Shown here: piece by piece, positions 19,536 through 29,867 of the stretch
How the letters are laid out: each line of letters opens with the position of its first letter
How positions within the stretch are numbered: position 1 is the first letter of the stretch
Origin: Chthonomonadales bacterium
Lineage (GTDB): Bacteria; Armatimonadota; Chthonomonadetes; Chthonomonadales; CAJBBX01
Direction: 5' to 3'
Assembly (NCBI GenBank): GCA_049967475.1
Contig: JBMFSQ010000007.1
Coordinates: 64,001-128,000, forward strand
Length of the DNA stretch: 64,000 nt
Position numbers and translations under genes: made by a program
Notes under the pieces: model-generated
The model's input: only the letters and a program-made list of their open reading frames with translations
What the model was told of the DNA's origin: nothing
Database searches by the model: none

Positions 19536-20658
19536 CAAGGAAGACGTGCGTTGGATGCGCCGGGCGCTGAGGCTGGCTGCCAAGGGCTTCACGCCGCCGA
19601 ACCCTATGGTGGGCTGTGTTTTGGTTCGAGACGGCGTAGTGGTGGGGGAGGGGTATCACCGCTGCGCAGGAGAGGATCACGCGGAAGTAGCAGCTTTGAA
19701 GGCAGCGGCCGGCAAGGCGAGAGGCGCCACCGCCTACGTGACGCTCGAACCTTGTGCTCATCACGGACGGACACCTCCGTGCACGCAGGCCCTCGCGGCG
19801 GCCGGTGTGGCCCGTGTCGTTGCGGCTGTGGAGGATCCCAACCCGTTGGTGCGCGGGAGGGGATTGCGGGAACTGGCCGCTGCGGGGATCGAGGTGCAGG
19901 TGTCCGTTCTGGAGGCTGAGGCTCGGAGCCTCAATGCCGCCTTCTTCCATTACCATGCCACAGGGATGCCCTATGTGTCGCTCAAGTGCGCCATGACGCT
20001 GGACGGGAAGATTGCCACGCGCACCGGCGACAGCCGGTGGATTACAGGGCCCAAGGCGCGCGCCTATGCCCATGCGCTTCGTGCGCGAAGTGGAGCCGTG
20101 CTCTGCGGCATCGGTACCGTTTTGGCGGATGATCCTTTGCTCACAGCCCGCATCCCTGGTGTTCCGCGACAGCCCGTGCGCATCGTATTGGATGCGCATC
20201 TGCGCATTCCGCTGGGTTCGCATCTAGTTCGGAGTATCGGCGACGCGCCCCTCTGGGTGGCGACGGCCGTTCCATCCGATGACGACCGGGCCCGGAGGCT
20301 GGCACAAATAGGCGTTGAGATTTTGGTGCTTCCTGCCGATAAAGAAGGGAAGCTATTCCTCCCTGCTCTGCTGGAGGAGCTCGGCCGGCGCGGCATCATC
20401 AGTGTGTTGGTGGAAGGGGGCGGTCAGGTGCATGCCAGTTTTTTGGAGGCGCAGGCTGCACACCGCATCCATTGGTTCGTGGCTCCGCGCCTGGTAGGGG
20501 GCGCGGATGCGCCTTCCCCTGTGGAGGGCGTAGGCGTGGACCGCATGTCCGCTGCCACGTCCGTGACGGGTCTCTCGGTCCGGCGGATCGGGAAGGATCT
20601 GCTCCTCGAGGGAGAGCTTCAGTACGGCGGATCGGCGGCGCCATGCGACGCATCCTAG
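19522..20658 (+). CDS. ribD: Riboflavin deaminase/reductase RibD
   Basis: 'PNPMVGC', 'HAE', 'TLEPCAHHGRTPPC', 'TLDGKIA', 'VEGG'. Confidence 0.97.
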   Translation: MAKVSKEDVRWMRRALRLAAKGFTPPNPMVGCVLVRDGVVVGEGYHRCAGEDHAEVAALKAAAGKARGATAYVTLEPCAHHGRTPPCTQALAAAGVARVVAAVEDPNPLVRGRGLRELAAAGIEVQVSVLEAEARSLNAAFFHYHATGMPYVSLKCAMTLDGKIATRTGDSRWITGPKARAYAHALRARSGAVLCGIGTVLADDPLLTARIPGVPRQPVRIVLDAHLRIPLGSHLVRSIGDAPLWVATAVPSDDDRARRLAQIGVEILVLPADKEGKLFLPALLEELGRRGIISVLVEGGGQVHASFLEAQAAHRIHWFVAPRLVGGADAPSPVEGVGVDRMSAATSVTGLSVRRIGKDLLLEGELQYGGSAAPCDAS

Positions 20659-21248
20659 CATCTACGCTAACATTGTGTTTGGTCATGCTGGCAGCGGGTT
20701 ACTCTGCCGAACTGTTTACGGGCGAAGTCCGCTATGAAGAGGGCTGCATCCTTTGTCGGGCCATCCGCGTCACAGGCAGACGCTACGGAGTGAGCTACAC
20801 CCGGGTAGAAGAGAACGCCATGACGCAATGGTACCGCCAGCATGTAGATCCGCTCCACGGCCTCGATCCTCAGCATCCCCATATCTGGCGTCAGAGTGCC
20901 TGCACTGTTGTGAAGAACCGCGGCTGGGGTGTAGCGGACTACAATTGTGCGTGGGTGTCGCCCATCTTCCTTCTGCGCCCGGAGATCGAACTCGCCGTTC
21001 TTGGGGATATCCCCGACGCCGACACGCAACTGGCACTGATCCACTCACTCGGCACGAACCATCGTAAGGCGGCCGCTGAGCGAACGCGCCTGCTCATCGA
21101 ATACTACTACATCTACCGGGGGCACACGCCGTGGCGCGTTTGGTGGCGGGAGCACGCCCACGCCTTCGGATTGGCGCCCGCGCCGGCTGCGCGACCTACC
21201 TCCATGCACCGGACCCATCCCTACCCCGACCCATTCCTCCCCAACTGA
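20643..21248 (+). CDS. Exported Cys/His-containing protein, unknown function
   Basis: Hydrophobic N-terminus, CxxC ('CILC'), further Cys/His; overlaps the ribD end. Confidence 0.65.
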   Translation: MRRILASTLTLCLVMLAAGYSAELFTGEVRYEEGCILCRAIRVTGRRYGVSYTRVEENAMTQWYRQHVDPLHGLDPQHPHIWRQSACTVVKNRGWGVADYNCAWVSPIFLLRPEIELAVLGDIPDADTQLALIHSLGTNHRKAAAERTRLLIEYYYIYRGHTPWRVWWREHAHAFGLAPAPAARPTSMHRTHPYPDPFLPN

Positions 21249-21373
21249 TCCCAACTCGTGCGATTGCGTTCCCTGCACCTTCCGCGCCTGCATCGGCTAC
21301 AATAGAGGCAGCCGTGCCTCACGTGATGGCCCGCGCGGCACAACGGGCAGCATGCCTCGAGGTGGAGGGAGCC

Positions 21374-21799
21374 ATGGAGAGGATCATCAAAACGGATGCG
21401 GAGTGGCGCAATCTCCTTACCGCAGAACAGTATTACGTTTTGCGCGAAGGAGGTACGGAACGGCCTTTTACCGGCAAGTACTGGAGCCTCAACGAGGAGG
21501 GCGACTATACGTGTGCCGGATGCGGCCAGGTCCTTTTCCATAGCGATGCTAAGTTTGACGCCGGTTGCGGATGGCCCAGCTTTTACGAAGTCGCAGAGGC
21601 GGGGAGCATTGAGACGCGGGATGATTTCAGCTTCGGAATGCATCGCATCGAAGTGGTGTGCAGCCGCTGCGGGGGCCATTTGGGTCATGTTTTTCCGGAC
21701 GGGCCGCAGCCGACCGGGCTGAGATACTGCATCAATTCAGCCAGCCTCAATTTCGTTACACGGGCTGGAGATCGGGGTAATGCGGCTTCGGAGCGCTGA
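21374..21799 (+). CDS. msrB: Peptide-methionine (R)-sulfoxide reductase
   Basis: 'GTERPF', two CxxC, 'GCGWPSF', '[10 protein letters not shown]', 'RYCINS'. Confidence 0.97.
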   Translation: MERIIKTDAEWRNLLTAEQYYVLREGGTERPFTGKYWSLNEEGDYTCAGCGQVLFHSDAKFDAGCGWPSFYEVAEAGSIETRDDFSFGMHRIEVVCSRCGGHLGHVFPDGPQPTGLRYCINSASLNFVTRAGDRGNAASER

Positions 21800-21811
21800 A
21801 GCCTGCTACGC

Positions 21812-22168
21812 CTATAACTGGAAATAGAGGTGCAAGTGGCCCAAACATCCAGGGTTAAAGGCTGCGGCGCAAATCGGACACCGTGACGGCGCGGAAAGAT
21901 ACTCATCGAGGCTCATCATCGTTCCGCATACTCCGCAGAGCAGCACGGGTTCCGTTGAGGCGGTTTGCCGGGGCCACAGCGCAATAGGATGATCGGCCAA
22001 GGCATCGTGACAGAGCCGGCAGGCATAGAAGGCATTGCAGCAGAAGAAGCGGACGGCAACAACGTCGCGAGGGCTGTGGAAGTGCACGCAGCGGGTGTCA
22101 CACTGAACACCTACTCCGTACACGTTTTGTCCGTTGAGGGTGCAGATGGACTGCGCTCGGTTTTTCAT
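21812..22168 (-). CDS. CHY zinc-finger protein (Hot13-like)
   Basis: 'RCVHFH...FFCCNAFYACRLCHD...CGVC...CPIC...FNPGCLGH' CHY pattern; start uncertain (22168 or 22210). Confidence 0.85.
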   Translation of the reverse strand: MKNRAQSICTLNGQNVYGVGVQCDTRCVHFHSPRDVVAVRFFCCNAFYACRLCHDALADHPIALWPRQTASTEPVLLCGVCGTMMSLDEYLSAPSRCPICAAAFNPGCLGHLHLYFQL

Positions 22169-22208
22169 GGGACGGGTTGCTTCGATGAAGGCTTGGACGT
22201 TTTTCAGC

Positions 22209-22958
22209 ATGCCTCGGCTGGCTGTTATACCGGTGCGCCGGGCCGCAACCGGTGGAATGGCGCTGGCATTCCTACTTGGAAGTCAACGGATCGCTCCCAC
22301 TTATGCGATGCAAGGCGCAGATGAAGGTCGGCGGCCCCCGGGCGCGCTGGTTCTCTTCGACGGGCGAGACGCACGCGAATGGGTGCACCTGCGCACCGGC
22401 AAACCCGTGCAATGGTTGTTGGAGGACGGCGCACTGGTTGTTCAGCCCAGAACCGGAGATATCGTCACAATAAGGCGCTTCCGGGATTTCCGGCTGCATC
22501 TGGAATTCCAGCTTCCCAGTCCTGGGCCAGACGACCCGGAACACGGCAACAGCGGCGTGATTTTGCACAACTTATACGAGGTTCAGATCATCAATTCCTT
22601 TGGTCGGGACCGTCCCGGCAGCGGGGACTGCGGCGCCATCTACCGCCAGGCAGCTCCTGAGGTGAATGCCTGCAAGGCGCCCGGCGAATGGCAGTCGCTG
22701 GACGTGGTGTTTCGGGCGCCTCGTTTCGATGCTGCCGGGAAGATGCTCCAGCCGGCCTGCGTTACGGTGTGGCTCAACGGCTCCGAAATCCACCGCGATC
22801 GCGCTCTTCTTGGTCCCACAGGGAGCCGAAAGGGTTTGCCCATCACGGCGGTGGGTCCCGTGGTGCTGCAAGATCACCGGTCCCGCGTGCGCTTTCGGAA
22901 CATCTGGGTCGTTCCGTTACGCCGAGCAGATCCAGCCGGCGCTAAGCTGAGAGATTGA
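22209..22958 (+). CDS. DUF1080 / 3-keto-disaccharide hydrolase family protein
   Basis: 'LFDG', 'FRDFRLHLEF', 'GNSGV', 'YEVQI', 'LQDH...VRFRNIW'; start uncertain. Confidence 0.88.
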   Translation: MPRLAVIPVRRAATGGMALAFLLGSQRIAPTYAMQGADEGRRPPGALVLFDGRDAREWVHLRTGKPVQWLLEDGALVVQPRTGDIVTIRRFRDFRLHLEFQLPSPGPDDPEHGNSGVILHNLYEVQIINSFGRDRPGSGDCGAIYRQAAPEVNACKAPGEWQSLDVVFRAPRFDAAGKMLQPACVTVWLNGSEIHRDRALLGPTGSRKGLPITAVGPVVLQDHRSRVRFRNIWVVPLRRADPAGAKLRD

Positions 22959-23055
22959 GCGCCCCGGCCCGGGCGAGATGGTTCGGGTACAATGAATTTT
23001 GAGGGGGCAGGCCCAGCGTCGTTGGGGCACAGTGTCTCGATTAGGGATGCATGGG

Positions 23056-23715
23056 ATGTTTACCGGCATCATTCAGGAAGTGGGAACGGTGGCACGGTTT
23101 GTGCGGCGCGGGAGCTCGGCGGAGGTAGCCGTAGCGGCTCCTGGTGCTGCCCGAGGCGCAGAGGTGGGTGACAGCATTGCCGTCAACGGCGTATGCCTTA
23201 CGGTGCGGCAACGGGAAGGCCCTGTGTTGGTATTCGACGCCGTGGCAGAAACCCTCAATCGCAGCAACCTGAAGCGTCTTCGAGCAGGAGAGAAGGTCAA
23301 TATTGAGCAGGCGCTGAGGGTGGGCGATGCAGTGGGAGGCCACTTTGTGCAGGGGCATGTGGATGGAGTGGCCGAGATCCTGTCCATCAAGGAGGATGGG
23401 AACGCCCGTATCCTGGAGGTTTCGGCGCCACGGGAACTTGCTCGGTATTTGGCTCCTAAGGGTTCCGTAGCACTGGATGGGATCAGCCTCACGATAGCTG
23501 CCACCGCCGATGGAGCATTCAGGGTATGGATCGTCCCGCACACCTGGGAGGCCACGAACCTTCGGTATCGCACGCCGGGAGCGGAACTCAACGTGGAAGT
23601 GGACATAGTAGCACGCTATCTGGAGCGCCTCGTTGCGGATCGGGCGCCCCGCGGCGTTACCATGGATCAGTTGCTGGCTGCGGGGTTTCTGGATGCAGGG
23701 GAAGCCGCGTTATGA
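23056..23715 (+). CDS. ribE: Riboflavin synthase (alpha chain)
   Basis: 'MFTGII', '[10 protein letters not shown]', '[11 protein letters not shown]', 'NVEVD'. Confidence 0.97.
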   Translation: MFTGIIQEVGTVARFVRRGSSAEVAVAAPGAARGAEVGDSIAVNGVCLTVRQREGPVLVFDAVAETLNRSNLKRLRAGEKVNIEQALRVGDAVGGHFVQGHVDGVAEILSIKEDGNARILEVSAPRELARYLAPKGSVALDGISLTIAATADGAFRVWIVPHTWEATNLRYRTPGAELNVEVDIVARYLERLVADRAPRGVTMDQLLAAGFLDAGEAAL

Positions 23716-24938
23716 GCTTCAGCACCATCGAGGAGGCCATCGAGGATATCCGCCAAGGCAAGATCATCATCGTTGTAGATGATGAAGACCGCGAGAACGA
23801 GGGCGATTTCATCATGGCCGCGGAGAAGTGCACGCCTGAGGCCATGAACTTCATCATCAAGTACGGGCGGGGCATCCCGTGCGTGCCGACTACGGCCAAA
23901 CGCTTGGCAGAGCTGCAGATCCCGATGATGGTGGACCACAACACGGCACGGCTAGGCACAGCTATGACCGTTACGGTGGACGCACGCCACGGGACGACCA
24001 CCGGAATTTCTGCCTACGACCGGGCGCGCACCGTACGGGTCTTCGTGGATCCCAACGCCACCCCCGCCGACCTCATGCGGCCGGGGCACATTATCCCCTT
24101 GAGAGCGGAGGAGGGGGGAGTGCTGAAGCGGGCAGGGCACACGGAGGCTACGGTAGATCTGATGCGTTTGGCCGGGCTGTACCCCGCCGGAGTGTTGTGC
24201 GAAATTGTGGCGGATGACGGTTCCATGGCGCGGCTGCCTCAACTGGAGGAACTTGCGCAGCGCTTCCACCTCAAGATTATCACGATTGCCGACCTCATCA
24301 AGTACCGGCGCCGCACCGAGCGGCTGGTGAACAGGGTGGCCACCACCGTAATCCCCACGGCCTCCTACGGAAGCCTCACCGTGCATGCCTACGAGCCCAC
24401 CATAGACACCAGTCCTGCCATCGCCATTGTTAAGGGTGACGTGTCCACCGGGGAGCCCACACTGGTGCGCGTCCATTCTTCCTGTGTCACCGGAGATCTT
24501 TTGGGGTCGCTGCGGTGTGACTGCGGCGATCAGCTCCACATGGCGCTGCGCAAAATTACCGAAGAAGGGCGGGGCGCGGTAATCTATCTGGAGCAGGAGG
24601 GCCGCGGCATAGGCCTCGTGAACAAGGTCAAGGCCTATGCCTTACAGGATCAAGGTGCGGACACGGTCGAGGCGAATTTGGAACTGGGCTTCAAACCGGA
24701 TCTGCGCGATTACGGCATCGGCGCGCAGATTATGGTGGATCTGGGCTTGCGGAAGATCCGCCTGATGACCAACAATCCCTCCAAGGTAGCCGGTATCGAA
24801 GGGTATGGCCTGGAGATTGTAGAGTGGGTTCCTCTTAGGGTGGAGCCCAACGAACACAACCGACGCTATCTGGAGACGAAGCGGATCAAGCTGGGCCATA
24901 TATTTCCGGACACGGACCTGCCGCCCGAGAATGAATGA
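23712..24938 (+). CDS. ribBA: Bifunctional DHBP synthase / GTP cyclohydrolase II
   Basis: '[10 protein letters not shown]', 'TTGISA', 'RAGHTEA', 'RVHSSC.TGD...RCDC', 'QEGRGIGL', 'MTNNP'. Confidence 0.97.
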   Translation: MSFSTIEEAIEDIRQGKIIIVVDDEDRENEGDFIMAAEKCTPEAMNFIIKYGRGIPCVPTTAKRLAELQIPMMVDHNTARLGTAMTVTVDARHGTTTGISAYDRARTVRVFVDPNATPADLMRPGHIIPLRAEEGGVLKRAGHTEATVDLMRLAGLYPAGVLCEIVADDGSMARLPQLEELAQRFHLKIITIADLIKYRRRTERLVNRVATTVIPTASYGSLTVHAYEPTIDTSPAIAIVKGDVSTGEPTLVRVHSSCVTGDLLGSLRCDCGDQLHMALRKITEEGRGAVIYLEQEGRGIGLVNKVKAYALQDQGADTVEANLELGFKPDLRDYGIGAQIMVDLGLRKIRLMTNNPSKVAGIEGYGLEIVEWVPLRVEPNEHNRRYLETKRIKLGHIFPDTDLPPENE

Positions 24939-24973
24939 GGGTGGCGGCGCCGTGTCTTCATGGGGACGAAGCG

Positions 24974-25441
24974 ATGGGCAGAATGTACGAGGGGCGGTTG
25001 ATCGCTTCCGGCCTGCGGTTTGGGCTGGTCGTGTCACGGTGGAATTCCTTCATCACCGAGCGGATGTTGGCTGGAGCCATGGACGCGCTGGTGCGCCACG
25101 GCGCTTCGGAAGAGGATGCGGATGTGGTTCGAGTGCCCGGCACGTGGGAGATCCCCGTTGCCGCAGCCCGTATGGCGCAAAGCGGAAGGTATCAGGCCGT
25201 GGTCTGCATCGGCTGTTTGATACGCGGGGAGACGCCGCACTTTGACTATCTGGCTGCGGAAGTGACCAAAGGCATTGCCCAGGTCGCTCTTCAGAGCGGG
25301 ATCCCCGTGACCTACGGCATCATAACCGTTGAGAACCTGGAGCAAGCCATAGACCGAGCCGGCGCCAAGGCCGGGAACAAGGGGGCAGAAGCTGCCATGG
25401 CGGCCATCGAGATGGCGGATCTGCTGAGGAACATGGAGTAG
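24974..25441 (+). CDS. ribH: 6,7-dimethyl-8-ribityllumazine synthase
   Basis: 'VSRWN', 'VPGTWEIP', 'IRGETPHFDY', 'GNKGAEAA'. Confidence 0.97.
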   Translation: MGRMYEGRLIASGLRFGLVVSRWNSFITERMLAGAMDALVRHGASEEDADVVRVPGTWEIPVAAARMAQSGRYQAVVCIGCLIRGETPHFDYLAAEVTKGIAQVALQSGIPVTYGIITVENLEQAIDRAGAKAGNKGAEAAMAAIEMADLLRNME

Positions 25442-25450
25442 TACCGAACC

Positions 25451-26602
25451 ATGCGCAGAGCTGCCGGTATTGTGCTGGTGTTCCTTTTGGGATTTGGGGC
25501 GAGCGCCCTCCTGTTGCGCCGCGTGAGCCTTTGGGGCGCTGCCGACGACAGCGTCGCCCGGCGGAATGCACTAGCCATTCTGGACCGGCCGGCGCCGAGT
25601 ACCCCAGAACCGGACGGCCCCATGATCCGAGCTGCCGCCCGCATCGAGCCGGCCGTGGTCAACATAGACACCCTGGTAACCGGGCAGGCGCGGTCGTACG
25701 ATTTCTTTGGGAATGAATATTCGCGCCCCTATGCTCTGGAGGGCAAAGGGAGCGGCGTCATCATTACACCCGATGGATACATCGTCACCAATAATCATGT
25801 GATTGCCGGCGCCAACATCATCAAGGTGACGCTCCCCTCCAAAGAGCAATATGAGGGCCGCGTCATCGGTGCCGACGAAGATGCGGACATCGCGGTTGTG
25901 AAAATAGACGGCCGAAATCTCCCGGCTGCGGAACTGGGCGACTCTTCCAAATTGCGTGTGGGCGAGGTGGTGCTCGCCATCGGCTATCCTCTGGGATTAG
26001 GCACTACGGTAACTCATGGCATCATTTCGGCTACGGACCGGCGCGATCTGGAGATCAGCGAGGGGCATCGCCTGCGCTTGGCTATTCAGACGGATGCGCC
26101 CATCAACCGGGGCAATTCCGGCGGCGCTCTGGCCAACCTCAATGGCCAACTTGTAGGCATCAACACGGCCATCGTGTCTGAGAACCGGGGCGGTTCCATC
26201 GGGATTGGCTTTGCGATCCCGATCAACGCAGCCAAGGGAGTGGTGCGCCGCATCATCTCCAACGGCCGCCCGCGCACCCGGCAGGCAGATCAACCGTTTA
26301 TCGGCATCCAGTATGGTCCCGTGGACCCCAGTGCCGCGGCGCAACTTGGCCTTGCTCCCGGGCAGGGGGTGCAGGTGGAGGGGGTAGTTCCGCTCACCGC
26401 GGCAGCGCAGGCTGGGCTGGCGGCGGGCGATATCTTGTTGGCGGTGGACGGGTACCCGATTACGAGCACGCAGGATGTGCGGGGCTATCTGGCCGGCAAG
26501 CGTGTGGGGGAACGTGTCACGCTGGACGTCGTACGTGCGAATGGCGTGCGCGCCCGCATCACTCTCAAACTGGGTCCGAAGCCTTCCGGATTCGGCCGAT
26601 AA
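25451..26602 (+). CDS. htrA: HtrA/DegP-family serine protease with one PDZ domain
   Basis: 'GSGVI...TNNHV', 'DIAV', 'QTDAPINRGNSGG', C-terminal PDZ. Confidence 0.93.
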   Translation: MRRAAGIVLVFLLGFGASALLLRRVSLWGAADDSVARRNALAILDRPAPSTPEPDGPMIRAAARIEPAVVNIDTLVTGQARSYDFFGNEYSRPYALEGKGSGVIITPDGYIVTNNHVIAGANIIKVTLPSKEQYEGRVIGADEDADIAVVKIDGRNLPAAELGDSSKLRVGEVVLAIGYPLGLGTTVTHGIISATDRRDLEISEGHRLRLAIQTDAPINRGNSGGALANLNGQLVGINTAIVSENRGGSIGIGFAIPINAAKGVVRRIISNGRPRTRQADQPFIGIQYGPVDPSAAAQLGLAPGQGVQVEGVVPLTAAAQAGLAAGDILLAVDGYPITSTQDVRGYLAGKRVGERVTLDVVRANGVRARITLKLGPKPSGFGR

Positions 26603-26614
26603 CCTGGTGGGAAC

Positions 26615-27430
26615 TCAGCGGCGCAGAAGTATTTGAACGGGTTGGCGGTCCTGCCAATCAGTGACGCAATCCAACCCTGCCGCCAAGGCCAGGTCTGCTG
26701 CGGTGCAATAAGAGGCGGCCAACTCTTCCGGATGGTGGGCGTCGGACCCGATGGTCAAAAGGCGCCCGCCGAGGCTCGCGTACAACTTGATATGCGCGTC
26801 GCAGGGATAGGTATGCCCGGCGCCCTGCCTCAGGCCGGCCGTGTTGATCTCGAGGGCCACGCCGCGGGCGATCATCGCTTCAAAGAGGCGGAGGGCTTCG
26901 TCACGATAGGGCGACGGATCGTAGGGGCCATAGAGCGGTACTCCCCGCCGATTGGCATACTCCAGATGCCCCACGATGTCAATGAGGCCGCTCTCTACGG
27001 AATGGCGCACGGCCTCGAAGTAGATGCGATAGGCCTCTTCACGCGTCCTGCCGGCAACATATTCGGGTGTCATCAGCATGGCCCGGTCCACATAATGGAC
27101 CGACCCGATGACGAAGTCGAAAGGGTGGTGTTCCAGCCACAGGCCGATGCGGTCCTCGAACCACTTTTGGTAGTCTATCTCTACGCCCATTCGGATACTA
27201 AGCTGATGGCCGAAGCGGGCGCGGGCTTCTTCGATCTCGTCGCGGTATCGCTCGTAATCGAAGTAATCCACCACAGGATCTTGCGGATCGAAGTCCTTGT
27301 GTTCTGAGAAGCCGATGACGTCGAGCCCCAAGAGGACGGCGCGTTCGCACTGCTCGAGGATGGTAGCGCGGCCGTCGTGAGACCTGTTGGAGTGCACCTG
27401 TAGATCGGTAGCGTAGAAGCCGTCAATCAT
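26615..27430 (-). CDS. PHP-family histidinol-phosphatase (HisJ/HisK type)
   Basis: 'DLQVHS..SHDG', 'SEH', 'IGSVH', 'EINT', 'GSDAH'. Confidence 0.85.
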   Translation of the reverse strand: MIDGFYATDLQVHSNRSHDGRATILEQCERAVLLGLDVIGFSEHKDFDPQDPVVDYFDYERYRDEIEEARARFGHQLSIRMGVEIDYQKWFEDRIGLWLEHHPFDFVIGSVHYVDRAMLMTPEYVAGRTREEAYRIYFEAVRHSVESGLIDIVGHLEYANRRGVPLYGPYDPSPYRDEALRLFEAMIARGVALEINTAGLRQGAGHTYPCDAHIKLYASLGGRLLTIGSDAHHPEELAASYCTAADLALAAGLDCVTDWQDRQPVQILLRR

Positions 27431-27446
27431 GCGTCATTGCGTGGGG

Positions 27447-27956
27447 TTAGGGTTGCGGAAGCTCTATGGGCGGCGTGAGGGTGATCTCGGCGACCTTCCA
27501 CTCATCCACGGTGGTGAGGCCGAGCCATCGCGCGGATCGCGTCTTGACCAGGGTCATTTTCACGGCAAGGTTCGGGAAGTATACTGCATCCATCCGAGGG
27601 GTATGTTCGCCCACATCCATGTGGAATGATACCTCACCCTTGCCGCCGATGGATTGGACGCGCAGGTTGCGTACGGAGATGTCCAGGGGCCCGCGCATTT
27701 GCGGGAACGAGAACCTTAGGATTTCGCGCATGCGGTCGGCATCAGCGCCGAGGATTCTAGCGGTGGGAGTGAAGAGGCGCATTACACCTTCCACGTCTCT
27801 CCTACGGAGGGCGTCCGCCCCTGTGTTCACGATGCGAAGCGCCACGCCTGCCGATAGAGGTGGAGCGTGCATCCTCGCGGGTGCGCTGTAAAGGAGCAGC
27901 GCCGCTGCCAGGGAAAGGAGGCCGATGGTGAGCGCGATGCGTGATGAACGATGCAT
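27447..27956 (-). CDS. Membrane-anchored NTF2-like protein, unknown function
   Basis: N-terminal TM helix; helix-then-beta pattern ending 'EWKVAEI'; GAGGTG RBS. Confidence 0.55.
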   Translation of the reverse strand: MHRSSRIALTIGLLSLAAALLLYSAPARMHAPPLSAGVALRIVNTGADALRRRDVEGVMRLFTPTARILGADADRMREILRFSFPQMRGPLDISVRNLRVQSIGGKGEVSFHMDVGEHTPRMDAVYFPNLAVKMTLVKTRSARWLGLTTVDEWKVAEITLTPPIELPQP

Positions 27957-28020
27957 TGGGCTGCACCTCACGGGCTGTGTTCGCTCCTTGTGAGCGCGTG
28001 GCCCATTCTACTTTGTTTGC

Positions 28021-29112
28021 ATGAGCACGTCAACCGCTATAGATTTGCAGGGTTATGAGCCGTGGCAGGCTGCGGCCGAGGCTGTGGCCCAGGCGCAGGG
28101 CACGGTGTTGATCCTGGGGGATCTGGACGTCGGAAAGACTGCGTTTCTTCGGCTCGCGGCGAACATCGCGGTGAAATCCGGCCGGAGCGTAGCGATTTTG
28201 GATGCCGATTTGGGGCAATCGGAAATCGGGCCGCCTACGTGTTTGGGTTGGGCTACGCCTACGCAGGAGTTCGACAGTCTGCTGGATCTGCGGCCGGCAG
28301 GGTTGGCATTCGTAGGTTCCACGTCGCCGAGGGGCCGACTGGCGGAATACATGGTGGCCTTGGACGCGGCGCTGCAGGGCGTCAAAGCAGCAGAGCCCGA
28401 CGTCGTGTTTGTGGACACCATGGGTTTTGTGCACGGGCCCGGAGCACTCCGCCTTCGGCATGCGGAGATGCAGATGCTGCGCCCCGATCACGTAGTCGTG
28501 CTGGAGCGGGCCGGCGAATGTGAAGCGGTGGCACGCTTTGCCCAGATCGTGCTGCGCGCTCGTGTTGACCGGCTTCAGGTACCGGACTTCATGGGTCGCA
28601 AACCGGCATCCATAAGGGCTCAGAGGCGTGCCGCCCGCTTCGTGAGGTACTTTCAGGGCGCTCAGATGCGCACCTTGCGCTTCGAGGATTTTGCCGTGTG
28701 CGGCGGATGGCTGAACACCGGCCGACCCCTGGAGCCGCACGTGTTGCGGGCCATGGCAGGGGAGCTGGGGGTAACGGTGCTTCACGCCGAGCTTACCGGG
28801 CGCGACCTGGGCGTGGTGGTGAACGCTCTCCCCGCGCAGGGCCGATCATTGGACACCATCCGCGAGCAGTTTCGGACTGAGAGCATCACGCTGAGCGTGG
28901 CAAGCAGATTGAAGCATCTGGTGGTGGGTCTCTCGAACGGCCACGGGTTCCTTGGCATCGGCACGGTGGAATACATCAACTATCGCAGCCGCCTGCTTCA
29001 AGTGCATACGCCGGTGCGGAATGTAGAGGCGGTCCGATTGGTGGCCTTCGGCCGGCTTCGCGTCATGTGGGACGGCAGAGAGCTGGGAGTATTGGAAGCA
29101 GGGGAGATTTAG
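28021..29112 (+). CDS. Clp1/Grc3-family polynucleotide 5'-OH kinase
   Basis: Walker A 'GDLDVGKT', 'DADLGQSEIGPP', Walker B/clasp 'VDTMGF', lid 'RAQRRAARFVRYF'. Confidence 0.88.
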   Translation: MSTSTAIDLQGYEPWQAAAEAVAQAQGTVLILGDLDVGKTAFLRLAANIAVKSGRSVAILDADLGQSEIGPPTCLGWATPTQEFDSLLDLRPAGLAFVGSTSPRGRLAEYMVALDAALQGVKAAEPDVVFVDTMGFVHGPGALRLRHAEMQMLRPDHVVVLERAGECEAVARFAQIVLRARVDRLQVPDFMGRKPASIRAQRRAARFVRYFQGAQMRTLRFEDFAVCGGWLNTGRPLEPHVLRAMAGELGVTVLHAELTGRDLGVVVNALPAQGRSLDTIREQFRTESITLSVASRLKHLVVGLSNGHGFLGIGTVEYINYRSRLLQVHTPVRNVEAVRLVAFGRLRVMWDGRELGVLEAGEI

Positions 29113-29141
29113 GCCACGGTGCGGGAAAGAAAGGACGGGGA

Positions 29142-29759
29142 ATGCTGCGGCTTTACTTGATACGACATGGCGTAACGCGCTGGAACCACGAGGCACGGAT
29201 GCAGGGGCAGAGCGACATTGACCTTGCGCCCGAGGGCTTCGAGCAGGCCCGGCTCATCGCCTGCAGGCTGGCGCGGGAGCCGCTGGATGCTGTATGGAGC
29301 AGCGATCTCGTACGGGCATGGGACACGGCTCGGGAGATCGCGGCTCCCCACGGTCTGTGCGTTCATGTAACGCCGCTTCTGAGGGAGTGCGGTTTCGGCG
29401 CGTGGGAAGGCCTTACGGAGGCCGATATCATGGAGCTGGGCCAAGAGGACGCATGGCGCGCGTATCGGGCGGACCCCGTGGCAACCAGGCCGCCGGGGGG
29501 CGAGCGCCTGGAGGAAGTGTGGGATCGCATTCTGCAGGGAGTACAGCAATTGCGCCGGGAGCATCCTTCTGGGAATGTTGCTTTGGTGGGTCACGGCGGG
29601 AGCATGAGGGCGATCCTGTGCCATGCCCTCGGATCTACCGTAGAGTGCTTTCGGCGGATCTGGCTGGATAACGCATCCCTGAGCATCGTGGAGTATGAGG
29701 GGGAGCGCATGTGGGTAAAGTTGATGAATGACACGTGCCACCTCGGCGGCATAGGGTGA
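29142..29759 (+). CDS. Histidine phosphatase (PGM/CobC/PspA-like)
   Basis: 'LIRHG.T.WN...QG', 'SSDL.RA', 'E..FGAWEG', 'VGHGG', 'NDTCHL'. Confidence 0.92.
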   Translation: MLRLYLIRHGVTRWNHEARMQGQSDIDLAPEGFEQARLIACRLAREPLDAVWSSDLVRAWDTAREIAAPHGLCVHVTPLLRECGFGAWEGLTEADIMELGQEDAWRAYRADPVATRPPGGERLEEVWDRILQGVQQLRREHPSGNVALVGHGGSMRAILCHALGSTVECFRRIWLDNASLSIVEYEGERMWVKLMNDTCHLGGIG

Positions 29760-29819
29760 GCGCTCCAGGCAGTGTGTGGTAGGCGCAGCCCCGATGCGGA
29801 GGCCGGGCGTTGCGTGCAT

Positions 29820-29848
29820 TTTACAAGGCCGGGGAAGCGTGCTATAAT
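29820..29848 (+). promoter_or_regulatory. Sigma70-type promoter for the GNAT-M48-GT2 operon
   Basis: TTTACA, 17 nt spacer, TATAAT with extended -10 TG; AGGAGG RBS downstream. Confidence 0.8.
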
Positions 29849-29867
29849 ACGCGCGCGAGGAGGAGGC

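Noticed and set aside
21374..21799. MsrB as the dedicated repair enzyme for the Met-rich PilNOP tracts
   Set aside because: This MsrB has no signal peptide while the tracts are predicted periplasmic; proximity alone is insufficient.
22959..23055. FMN riboswitch upstream of ribE
   Set aside because: The spacer is too short and lacks the conserved RFN sequence blocks.
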